From assembly GCA_963718915.1 (NCBI GenBank), contig CAVRAI010000015.1, positions 360,001 to 392,000 on the forward strand: a DNA stretch of 32,000 nucleotides, read 5' to 3'. The position numbers and the translations under genes are program-made. Positions 6,903 to 15,467 of this stretch are shown here, one piece after another. Position 1 is the stretch's first letter; each line of letters opens with the position of its first letter. The notes under the pieces are model-generated. The model had not been told where the DNA came from and ran no database searches. It saw nothing but the letters and a program-made list of their open reading frames with translations. Origin of the DNA: an uncultured Chloroflexia bacterium. Its GTDB lineage: Bacteria > Chloroflexota > Ktedonobacteria > Ktedonobacterales > JADMIN01.

Positions 6903-8768
6903 TTATATCTTCGACTGCATGTTATACAGGTTCGCATAGACGCCCTGTAACGCGATCAACTCCGCATGCGTGCCCTGTTCGGCGATTCCGGTGTCGGAGA
7001 GCACCACAATTCGCTGGGCATTGCGGATCGTGGACAAACGATGGGCGATAACCAGTGTCGTGCGGTTATGCGCCAACTTTTCCAGTGAGTCCTGGACAGC
7101 CTTTTCGCTCTCATTGTCCAGCGCGCTCGTCGCCTCATCAAAAATGATCACCGAGGGATTCTTGAGGAAGACGCGCGCGATACTCAGCCGTTGCTTCTGC
7201 CCGCCTGAGAGTTTGACGCCGCGCTGGCCGATATCCGTCTCATAGCCATCAGGTAGCGCCATGATAAAGTCATGCGCGTGCGCCTGTTTGGCCGCCTCGA
7301 TGATATCCCCCCTGCTGGCGTCGAGTCGCCCATAGCGGATATTGTCCGCGACGTTTCCCGCAAAAAGATAGACATCCTGCTGGACGATGCCGATATTCCC
7401 GCGCAACGAGTGGAGCGTGACTTCTCGGATATCCCGCCCATCCAGCAGAATTCTCCCCGCATTCACCTCGTAAAAACGCGGAATGAGCGAGCAAAGCGTC
7501 GTTTTGCCCACGCCAGAAGACCCGACCAGGGCAACGTATTCGCCCGCATGAATCTCCAGCGACAGATCCTTCATGACATAGTTGTGATCCTCTTTGTACT
7601 TGAAGCTGACATCCTGAAACGCTATATGACCTCGCACGTGTGTCAGGTCAACCGCATCCGCCGCATCCCGCAGGTCAGGCGCCACCTCCAAAATCTCCAT
7701 GAACCGGTTGAATCCGGTGATACCTTCCTGATAGAGCCTCATAAAATTGGACAGCTTCTGAATCGGATCGATGAGGATACCGATAAAAAGCAGGTAGGTC
7801 ACCAGATCGGCTAAATCCAGGGAGGCGCGCACGATGGCGACGCTGCCAAAGATAATGACCGCGATGGTGATGAGCTGAGTGAACGCGATCAGTCCGCTGG
7901 AGAAATACGCCTCACTCCGGTAACCATCCCTGCGGCTGGCGAGAAAGCGCCGGTTAGCATGAGCGAACTTTCTCGTTTCGACCTCGTCATTGGTAAACGA
8001 CTTCACCACTCTGATGCCCGCGAGCGTATCTTCGACCTGCGCGTTGATATCGCCGATGCGATCCTTGCTGCTGCGTAACGCGCGATTCATCCTCTTATTG
8101 AAGTAGAGCGCGTAGACCGCCATCACAGGCAAGAAGAGAAAGACGATCAGGGTGAGAGCAACGTTGATCTTCAGCAAGATGATGAAGGCGCCGACGACCG
8201 TCAGAACGGCCACGACGATGTCTTCGGGCCAATGGTGGTAGAGCTCGGCCAGGTCGAAGGTATCGTTGGTGATCCTGGTCATCAATTGACCGGTGCGCTG
8301 CTCATCGTAAAAGCTGAACGAGAGCTTTTGCAGATGCTCGAACAGCTCGCCGCGCATGTCGCTTTCCATCCTGGCGCCCATCATGTGCCCCTGGAAGTCA
8401 ATGAACATCGTGCAGAGCGTCAGGACAGCCACCAGCGCCAGCATCAGCGCGCCCGTCAGAACGATCTGGTTGAGCGCATGCGGCATGTCGTCTTCCAGGA
8501 CGTTCTTGGTGATGTAGCGCGCGCACAGCGGCAAGAGCAGCGTAATCGCTGAGACGATCAGCGCGCAGGCCATATCCGTGCAGAACAGGCCCAGATATGG
8601 TCTGTAGTACGAGAGGAACTTCCTCCCGCGAGAATAGGCGGGCGCGGGCGTGTTGGCTGCGTCGTCGGCCTTTCGCGACGTGTCAGCCGTGTCAGCGTTT
8701 GCCAGGGGAAGCTCGTTCGCCGCTGGCAGCGCCGACGGTTCATTCGAGATCGAGTCAGGTGAAAGCAC
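6903..8768 (-). CDS. ABC exporter, fused permease and ATPase (MsbA/ABCB-like half transporter)
   Basis: 621-aa ORF with a GTG start preceded by GAGGGG. It has an N-terminal six-TM-type region. The C-terminal part has Walker A GSSGVGKTT, the signature LSGGQKQRLSIARV and Walker B VIIFDEATSALD. Confidence 0.9.
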   Translation of the reverse strand: MLSPDSISNEPSALPAANELPLANADTADTSRKADDAANTPAPAYSRGRKFLSYYRPYLGLFCTDMACALIVSAITLLLPLCARYITKNVLEDDMPHALNQIVLTGALMLALVAVLTLCTMFIDFQGHMMGARMESDMRGELFEHLQKLSFSFYDEQRTGQLMTRITNDTFDLAELYHHWPEDIVVAVLTVVGAFIILLKINVALTLIVFLFLPVMAVYALYFNKRMNRALRSSKDRIGDINAQVEDTLAGIRVVKSFTNDEVETRKFAHANRRFLASRRDGYRSEAYFSSGLIAFTQLITIAVIIFGSVAIVRASLDLADLVTYLLFIGILIDPIQKLSNFMRLYQEGITGFNRFMEILEVAPDLRDAADAVDLTHVRGHIAFQDVSFKYKEDHNYVMKDLSLEIHAGEYVALVGSSGVGKTTLCSLIPRFYEVNAGRILLDGRDIREVTLHSLRGNIGIVQQDVYLFAGNVADNIRYGRLDASRGDIIEAAKQAHAHDFIMALPDGYETDIGQRGVKLSGGQKQRLSIARVFLKNPSVIIFDEATSALDNESEKAVQDSLEKLAHNRTTLVIAHRLSTIRNAQRIVVLSDTGIAEQGTHAELIALQGVYANLYNMQSKI

Positions 8769-10057
8769 AGGTTGCCCCTCAAAGTAGTGTTCAGGTCATT
8801 GCGGCGCGCCGATGGCGCAAATAGTTCACTCCGCGTCAGAAACCAATGAGCGAAGATAAGGGGTGAGGGGGCGCGAATAGAAGCATCAATACCACAGGGA
8901 GGTACGAGCAGGCCAGGATTGTCCTGGCGGAGACAAGGCGTATGGAGGTTGAAAGGAGGAGGTTTGCGCAATCGGGAGCATCGTAACGCCATCAGGCAAT
9001 CGCAGCGTTAATCCTCCAGGGCACTCCTCGGTGAAACTCCATCCCTTACCTGCGCGTTGGGTACAGATGTCGCGCGGTGTGTGCTTCTGGGCATCTCGAC
9101 AACTCCTTTCTGAACGGGCGACATGCCAGAGCATGCGCCATTCCACGCATCAAACCATGCATCAAATCAATCGCCCAACAGCATAACACGTATCGGGTGG
9201 AAATGTCATGAAGAAATCTTATCGGGAATGCCTGGCAAACGTTCCTCACGGAAGGGCAGGGCATTCGCGAGATGATCCCATCTGAACAATTGGCGCGACT
9301 GACGCGAGTGGCGCGATGGCGCACGAGCAGGCGCTGCGAACGCCCTATGATTCCTGTCAGCGCTGCTGATGGTTCAGCGCGTGGCCCCGCTCACCACTCT
9401 CTGACGGCTGTAGCGATCCGTTCGATGCGCCGACGTCTGGCGAACCTACCCGTTCGGTCAGGAATTCCTCCCAGGTCCTGCGCCCGACAGCCCGGTCGGG
9501 GGCCAGGATGACTCCAGCCCGAACCGCCCGCGCGGCCTTGCCTGGAAGCCAGAGCGGGATGATCGGTCGGCGCTGGTGGCTGGCCCGCAGATATTCGTGG
9601 AGCAGCTCATCCGTGCCGTAGACCTTCGGCCCCGCGATGTCGGGCGCCAATCCCATGGGCGTATCCAGCGCCAACTCGGCGAGCCGGGCCGCCACCTCGC
9701 TGGCGTCAATCGGCTGGAATCTGAAGCCGGACGGAAGTGGTATCACTGGGAGTTTCGCCATCTGCCGCGCCACCAACAGCATCAGATCATAGAACTGGGT
9801 GGCGCGCAGTGTTGTCCACGGCAGGCCCGAATCAGCCACCACGCGCTCTGCCGCCAGCTTGGACGCAAAGTAGCCGAACATGGCGCGGTCAACACCGCTG
9901 ACGACTGGAACCTTATCGGCGCCAACGACCGAGATATAGACCACGTGCTGTATGCCTCCTGCACGCGATGCCGCCCGAACCAGGTTCAGGGCCTTGTCCT
10001 CATCGCCTTTGGCGCCGCCCGCGCAGTGTACGATGATTTCGGCTCCATCCACGGCGG

Positions 10058-10147
10058 CGTCGATCCCCGCGCCCGTGGCCAGGTCGTGGGCCAGTTCGCC
10101 CGCAACCGGCATTACGGGCCGTCGATCCCCGCGCCCGTGGCCAGGTC
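10058..10147. repeat. 28-nt perfect direct repeat (10058-10085 and 10120-10147) flanking 34 unrelated nt
   Basis: CGTCGATCCCCGCGCCCGTGGCCAGGTC occurs twice with a 62-nt period, which is not a multiple of 3. It sits exactly at the break in the NmrA-like gene. Confidence 0.9.
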
Positions 10148-10175
10148 ACCAGCCACATACTCAATCCCTTCCTCG

Positions 10176-10202
10176 TTCCCATTCCCATTCCCATTCCCAT
10201 TC
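10176..10202. repeat. Hexanucleotide microsatellite (TTCCCA) x4.5, encoding (NG)4 in the NmrA-like N-terminal ORF
   Basis: Read directly. The minus-strand frame gives KNGNGNGNGNEEG. Confidence 0.9.
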
Positions 10203-10486
10203 TTATGGCTGTGCCTGCTGAGCACGCGCACCTCGCGTCCGGCGTCCCGCAGCCGCGCAACGACGTGGCTTCCCAGCGTACCCGTGCCTCCAGTGACCAG
10301 TATCGTATGTTGCATATCGTTTTCCTCTCTAGATTCCGTTCTTCGTTCTCCGCGCTCTGTGCGCCTTTTCAGCGTCACGCCCAGGAGACGAGCGCGCGCG
10401 TGTGGATGTGACACTCTTCATTGCGTCTCATCTATCCTGAATGGGTATACACGCCAGAGGGTAGGCCGAAGGAGAAATATGCGCCA

Positions 10487-10515
10487 TTGACACATCTGGT
10501 GGCAGATGGTACGCT
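10487..10515 (+). promoter_or_regulatory. Promoter candidate (TTGACA-17-TACGCT) upstream of the ABC-F gene
   Basis: TTGACA at 10487-10492, a 17-nt spacer, TACGCT at 10510-10515. If used, it implies a leader of about 360 nt. Confidence 0.3.
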
Positions 10516-10882
10516 GGCGGCGGAGTGCGCGCTTTGTCGCGCATGGTGAGATTCAGGAGTGTTTCACGCGATGCATCCAGCAGGCTATTGGATTACGACA
10601 GGTATCGTCAACAACAGCGATTTGGCTGTGGTTCCCTGTCGTACTGCGCCCAAATGCAGCTCGCCTGCTTTGATGCGCCACTGCATCTGACCCTTTCCCG
10701 AAGAGTTGAGAGTATGTGGCGGCTGTGGCCCGGTACAGAGGGGTCCACGGCCGCTTTGCGTTTGCAGCTTCTTGCGTGCCGTGCCGCCAGTGTCTCGCTC
10801 TCATCACGCATGTTACGCGCCCTGATTGATAGACACCCGCATCCTCCCTGTGCTGGCGTTGCCGCCGGAAACGGAGACATCC

Positions 10883-12520
10883 ATGACGCTGGTTGGAGTG
10901 CATTCCCTGCAAAAGTCGTTTGGCGGCCGTACGATTCTACGTGGAACCGATCTGGTGATTGCGTCTGGTGCGCGCATTGGTCTGGTCGGCGCGAATGGCA
11001 GTGGCAAATCCACACTGTTGCGCATTCTCTCTGGGGCGGAGGATGGCGATACGGGTGAGGTGGCTCGCAGGCGCGGGCTGCGCACTGCCTTTCTGCCACA
11101 GCATATACCCGGCGACGCGCGTACCCCATTGCAATTCGTCCTGGCGGCGCGGCCTGATCTGGTAGAGCTTGAGGCTGAGCTTGCCGCTTGTGAGACCGAT
11201 CTGGCCGATCCCGATGTGACCGCCGACATGCGGCGCATCGAGCGTGTGCTTGAACGGCAGGAGCGGCTACTGCGACGCTTCGAGGAGATTGGCGGCCCAG
11301 GCTTCGAGGGCGAGGCAAAGAGCTATCTGCGCGGGTTGGGGCTGGAGGATTCCGCCATCGAGCAGCCCATGACGGAACTGAGCGGCGGCCAGCGCAAACT
11401 GGTCGCGTTGGCGGCATGTCTGGCGCAGCGCCCTGAATTGCTGCTACTCGACGAGCCAGAGACGCACCTTGATCTCCCCCACCGCGAGTATCTCGAATCG
11501 CTGATCCAGGAGTTCACGGGCGCGGTGGTGATCGTCTCACACGACCGCTATCTGCTGGATGAGACAGTGAGCGAGATTGCCGAACTGGATCGCGGCGCCA
11601 TCACGATGTGGCCCGGCAACTACTCGGCCTATACGTTGGCGCGCGAGCTGGCGCTCCAACGACAACAGGTCGTCTATACGGCGCAACAGAAAGAGATTGC
11701 CCGGCTGGAGGCGGCGATAGCGCGGTTTAAGCTCTGGGCCAGCATCGTCGTCGACGAGCGGCATATCAAACAGGCGCGCAACAAGCAGCGTCAGATTGAT
11801 CGAATGGAGAAGGTCGAGCGGCCCGTACTGCAGCGTCGGACGATGGCGCTGGAGTTGCGCAGTGCGGCGCGTGGTGGGCAGAAGGTGCTGGAACTGCGCC
11901 ATGCCGATATGGCGTTTGGCGATGATATCGTCTTGCTGGACGCCAATCTGCTGGTGACGCGCGGCGAGCGGCTCGGCATCATCGGCTCAAACGGCGCGGG
12001 CAAAAGCGTGCTGGCGAAGCTGCTGACCGGAGAATTGACGCCGACGAACGGCCAGCGCTGGATCGGCCCAAGTATCTCGCTCGGCTACTTCGCGCAGGGC
12101 CACGAGACGCTTGATCCCGCCGCGACGCCAATCGACATCATTCGCGCTGAGCGATCCTACTATGAGGAGCAGGCGGTGGCGCTGCTGGGGCGCTATCTCT
12201 TTACGTATGAGCAGGCGCGCCAGCCCATAGGCACGCTCAGCGGCGGCGAGCGCAGCCGCCTGCAATTGCTGCTCCTGATGCTTGGCGGCGCCAACTGCCT
12301 GATTCTGGACGAGCCGACGAATCACCTGGATATCGCCTCAGCCGAGGTGCTCGAAGGCGCGCTCGAACGCTACGACGGGACGGTGGTGGTCATCTCGCAT
12401 GATCGCTACTTCCTGGACCGCATCGTCGACCGCGTCGTCGAGGTGCGCGACGGCGAGGTGGTGAGCTTCGAGGGCGGCTACTCGTACTGGAACGAGCAGC
12501 GCCAGGCGCGCGCCGGGTGA
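10883..12520 (+). CDS. ABC-F family ATPase (tandem ABC domains, no TM domain)
   Basis: The ATG at 10883 is preferred (GGAGAC ribosome-binding site; N-terminus MTLVGVHSLQKSFGGRTIL). Domain 1 has GANGSGKSTLL, LSGGQRKLVALA and LLLLDEPETHLD. Domain 2 has GSNGAGKSVLA, LSGGERSRLQLL and LILDEPTNHLD, after a helical linker. Confidence 0.9.
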   Translation: MTLVGVHSLQKSFGGRTILRGTDLVIASGARIGLVGANGSGKSTLLRILSGAEDGDTGEVARRRGLRTAFLPQHIPGDARTPLQFVLAARPDLVELEAELAACETDLADPDVTADMRRIERVLERQERLLRRFEEIGGPGFEGEAKSYLRGLGLEDSAIEQPMTELSGGQRKLVALAACLAQRPELLLLDEPETHLDLPHREYLESLIQEFTGAVVIVSHDRYLLDETVSEIAELDRGAITMWPGNYSAYTLARELALQRQQVVYTAQQKEIARLEAAIARFKLWASIVVDERHIKQARNKQRQIDRMEKVERPVLQRRTMALELRSAARGGQKVLELRHADMAFGDDIVLLDANLLVTRGERLGIIGSNGAGKSVLAKLLTGELTPTNGQRWIGPSISLGYFAQGHETLDPAATPIDIIRAERSYYEEQAVALLGRYLFTYEQARQPIGTLSGGERSRLQLLLLMLGGANCLILDEPTNHLDIASAEVLEGALERYDGTVVVISHDRYFLDRIVDRVVEVRDGEVVSFEGGYSYWNEQRQARAG

Positions 12521-12536
12521 GGGCAAACGCTACAGT

Positions 12537-12577
12537 GGTCGTATGGTGTCATGCTATTTCTGTGATACCATGCGACC
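12537..12577 (+). terminator. Strong hairpin downstream of the ABC-F gene (terminator or RNA-stabilising stem)
   Basis: A 15-bp stem, GGTCGTATGGTGTCA (12537-12551) pairing with TGATACCATGCGACC (12563-12577), has an 11-nt loop. The only two non-Watson-Crick positions are G-U wobbles on the plus-strand RNA; they would be A-C mismatches on the minus strand. There is no clear U-tract. Confidence 0.35.
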
Positions 12578-12705
12578 ATGCACTATGATGACAGTCTGTG
12601 AAAACAACGAGCGCGTAGTCGTCTGAACGAAAAAGCCTCCTGGTGTGCTGGCTGAGCTGATCTCTTGTCCCGGCGTCTCTTTCGCCGGAGAAAGGATCGC
12701 GTCCC

Positions 12706-13494
12706 ATGCGCATGCTTTCAGTTATTCATCACCGGAATGTTCGGCGATATTACTTTTTGATCGTTGCGCTCATTGCGCTGCTCGGCGCGTCGATGCTGAC
12801 GCTGGCAAATGTGCCGCGGGCGCTGGCCTGTCCCGTCTGTATTTCGCCTGACAAGATCACGCTCTCAGGCGATGGCGTCAGCGGCACAGCCTCTGTGACT
12901 GACCCTGGGTTGCTGGCATGGTTCAGCCCGGCGCTGTTCATGGGATTCGAGCAGCGCACCCCCATCGAGACGCCCATTCATACGGGACGTGGCATCCCTG
13001 GACAGGGCATTGAGCTGACACGCTACTACAACAACACCGGCGTCCCCGCGTCGTTCTGGACGCAGGGCTTCGACCATATGCGCTATTATCCTGGCGCGTC
13101 GGGGCAGCCGGGCTTCATCTACTACGAGGGGCCGGTCAGCGACGAGGCCAGAACCTTTGGAGAACAGATGAACCTCTGGCAGCGCACCGGAAAGTGGTAT
13201 GCCTTGACCAGCGCGGAGCAAGGCGAGATGGGTCAGGTGCTGGCCGCCGCTCATGGCGCCCCGCAGAGCAGCAGCGCCGCGCCGCCGCCATTCACCTCGC
13301 CTGGCGCGAAGGCGACAGAGCCACCCGCGATTCTGAGCGCGCTTGCCAATGTGCCGCTGGCGGTCGTCATCTTGTTGGCATGTCTCGTCTTGCTGGGGGG
13401 CGTCGTCGTGTATCGCCTGCTGTATACGCGCCGCCATCCACGGGTATTTACTCCGATAGTTGAGACTGAGGCTGAGGATTTGACGCCAGTGTAG
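12706..13494 (+). CDS. Hypothetical exported protein with an N-terminal signal/TM segment and a C-terminal TM anchor
   Basis: 262-aa ORF with good GC3 coding appearance and an AAAGGA ribosome-binding site. The N-terminal hydrophobic segment is YYFLIVALIALLGASMLTLANVPRALA. There is a Pro/Ser-rich linker, then the C-terminal TM VPLAVVILLACLVLLGGVVVY followed by RLLYTRRH. No family recognised. Confidence 0.6.
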   Translation: MRMLSVIHHRNVRRYYFLIVALIALLGASMLTLANVPRALACPVCISPDKITLSGDGVSGTASVTDPGLLAWFSPALFMGFEQRTPIETPIHTGRGIPGQGIELTRYYNNTGVPASFWTQGFDHMRYYPGASGQPGFIYYEGPVSDEARTFGEQMNLWQRTGKWYALTSAEQGEMGQVLAAAHGAPQSSSAAPPPFTSPGAKATEPPAILSALANVPLAVVILLACLVLLGGVVVYRLLYTRRHPRVFTPIVETEAEDLTPV

Positions 13495-14788
13495 CGCTCG
13501 ATGCTCTATGCCGCTGGCGTGTCGCTGGCAGCCAGAGCAGCACCGCGCCGACGGTGACCAGTGCCGCCAGCAGCCAGAAAATCGTGGTGTACGCCGTCCC
13601 CCGGAACAGCAGTACCCCGACCAGCGCCGGGCCAGCCGCGCGCGCCAGTGTGATCGCCAGCGCGAGTTGACCGTTGACGCGCCCGAAAATCGTCGTGCCA
13701 AAGCGGTCTGCCACCAACCCGGCGCGGGCAGGCGAGAAGACGCCAAACCCAGCGCCGAAGAGGATGATGAACGCCGCCAGTCCGACCGCGCCATGCGCCA
13801 GTGTCAGAAGAACGATGCCGAGCGCCAGCGCCAGAAACAACACGGCAGTAATCGCGGCGCGCGTCTCGGGAGCGCCGCGCCAGGTGGCGATGAAACGCCC
13901 GGCGAACGCGGTGACGCCAATCAGCGCGCTGGCCGCTGCCGCCTGAGGCGCCGATAGCCCCTGCTTACTCAGATAGGGGATGAGATAGACTACCAGCGCG
14001 GAGATGGCCAGTTGCGTCAGCGTGAATCCCGCCACCAACTGCCAAAAGCTCCATCCGTGCCAGGGCGCCCTGGTGGGCGTCCGCTCTCTCTTGCTGGCGA
14101 CGTTCGGAGCGGCAGGATACGGGCGGAGCATGATGGCATGTGGCAGCGCCGCGCCTATCAGCAGGATTGCCGCCAGCGCCAGAAGCGCTGTTCGCCAGCC
14201 CAGGTGTTCCACCAACAATGCCGCGACGGGGAGATAGACGACGCTGGCAAGTCCGCCGAGCGTGGTGAGCACGGTCAACGCCCGCTCGCGTCGCGGAAAC
14301 CAGGCGGCGACGGTGGTGAAGGCTGGCTCGTAGAGCGTGGCGGCCATCGCGATGCCAAGCGCGATCCAGAGACCATAGAAGGTTGGTAGGGATGTGACGG
14401 TTGCCCAGATCACCAGCGCCGCTGCCCCCAACAACGAGCCTGCTGCCATCAGCGCGCGTGGTGTGCGCATGCGGTCGAGCCAGCGGCCAATGGGTATCGC
14501 CATCAGCCCGGAGGCGAGCAGCGCCAGCGAATAGGCGCCGGTCAGGCTGGCCTGGTTCCAGTGCAGCTCGTGCTCCATCGGGCCAAGGAAGAGCGAGAAG
14601 GTGTAGTAGAGAATCCCCCAACTGGTAATCTCGGTCAGCGCGAGTGTTATCACCTGGCTCCAGGCGGCCGCATGCGAAACGGTGAGGTCTGTCTCGTTGT
14701 CTTCACCTAGTGCGCTTGCAGGCGCCGGGAGGTGGCTCACGGTTGCGCCCGCGGTTCCCTCGCCGGTAGCTCGCCATGGGCCAGCCAT
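13448..14788 (-). CDS. MFS transporter
   Basis: 446-aa highly hydrophobic ORF with about 12 predicted TM stretches and an MFS-like loop motif (PIGRWLDRMRTPR). The start is uncertain because the N-terminal ~45 aa overlap the upstream GNAT gene end. Confidence 0.8.
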   Translation of the reverse strand: MAGPWRATGEGTAGATVSHLPAPASALGEDNETDLTVSHAAAWSQVITLALTEITSWGILYYTFSLFLGPMEHELHWNQASLTGAYSLALLASGLMAIPIGRWLDRMRTPRALMAAGSLLGAAALVIWATVTSLPTFYGLWIALGIAMAATLYEPAFTTVAAWFPRRERALTVLTTLGGLASVVYLPVAALLVEHLGWRTALLALAAILLIGAALPHAIMLRPYPAAPNVASKRERTPTRAPWHGWSFWQLVAGFTLTQLAISALVVYLIPYLSKQGLSAPQAAAASALIGVTAFAGRFIATWRGAPETRAAITAVLFLALALGIVLLTLAHGAVGLAAFIILFGAGFGVFSPARAGLVADRFGTTIFGRVNGQLALAITLARAAGPALVGVLLFRGTAYTTIFWLLAALVTVGAVLLWLPATRQRHRASSATLASNPQPQSQLSE

Positions 14789-15348
14789 CTATCCCAGGTG
14801 GCGACGGAGGCGAGATCCAGCGCGGCGCGTGGCGGTGGCGGATCGGCGGATGGCTGGCGCAACACACCCTCCCACCAGCCGACATCGTGCCATGTGCCTG
14901 CTTTATAGCCGACATGACGATAGACGCCGACGGGTGTCATGCCCATCGCCTCGTGCAGCGCCACACTCGCCACATTGGGCAGCGTGACGCCCGCGTAGAC
15001 ATTGTAGTAGCCCAGCGCGCCCAGGATGTCGAAGAGTGGGCTGTAGAGCGCACGACCAATGCCTCGCCGACGCAACGCTTTGTGCACATAGACCGAAACA
15101 TCGGCGGACCACTGATAGGCGGCGCGCTCGCGATGCTGTCCGGCATAGGCATACCCCGCCACATCACCATCACACACGGCGACCAACCAGGGGAACCGCG
15201 CCAGCGTCTTCGCCAGACGGTGTGCCATCTCGTCTTCGTCCGGTGGAACCAACTCGAAAGATATGACTGTGCCGGTAACATAGGGCGCGTAGATCGCGGC
15301 TATCGCCGCCGCGTCGTCTGGGCGCGCGACCCGAATGACGATACTCAT
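14737..15348 (-). CDS. GNAT family N-acetyltransferase (phosphinothricin-acetyltransferase-like)
   Basis: The start at ATG 15348 (MSIVIRVARPDDAAAIAAIY...) is preferred over 15414. The acetyl-CoA motif is VHKALRRRGIGRALY. The overall pattern is typical of PAT/YwnH-like GNATs. Confidence 0.85.
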   Translation of the reverse strand: MSIVIRVARPDDAAAIAAIYAPYVTGTVISFELVPPDEDEMAHRLAKTLARFPWLVAVCDGDVAGYAYAGQHRERAAYQWSADVSVYVHKALRRRGIGRALYSPLFDILGALGYYNVYAGVTLPNVASVALHEAMGMTPVGVYRHVGYKAGTWHDVGWWEGVLRQPSADPPPPRAALDLASVATWDRWLAHGELPAREPRAQP

Positions 15349-15467
15349 AGGCAAGTCTCTCCCCGTGTGAAGTGTTGCTCCATCAGCAGCATAGCATGAG
15401 GCTTGGCAGGCCATTTGTGCAGTATGCCCGAAAACAAAGAGCGCCTGTGTGGTTATCCGCTACGCAT

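Larger units (their letters stand above)
9357..10414 (-). pseudogene. NmrA/SDR-like NAD(P)-binding oxidoreductase split into two ORFs (10112-10414 and 9357-10112)
   Basis: The upstream ORF reads MQHTILVTGGTGTLGSHVVARLRDAGREVRVLSR...YVAGDLATGAGIDGP*. The downstream ORF reads MPVAGELAHDLATGAGIDAAVDGAEIIVHCAGGAKGD...LPWTTLRATQFYDL... Together they make one Rossmann-fold NmrA-like protein, interrupted at a duplicated DLATGAGID segment. The stop and start overlap as TAATG at 10110-10114. Confidence 0.6.

Noticed and set aside
9272-9511. 79-aa plus-strand ORF at the 3' end of the NmrA-like gene
   Set aside because: It mostly lies antisense to the well-supported NmrA-like C-terminal ORF. It has no ribosome-binding site and an Arg-rich composition.
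10608-11417. 269-aa minus-strand ORF, plus other long ORFs antisense to ABC genes (for example 27868-28530 and 29545-30138)
   Set aside because: All lie antisense to genes with textbook ABC motifs and are Arg/Pro/Ala-rich. They are high-GC frame artefacts.
12865-13794. 309-aa minus-strand ORF spanning two genes
   Set aside because: It overlaps both the 262-aa exported protein and the MFS gene in antisense or alternative frames. The sequence is Arg/Trp-rich nonsense.
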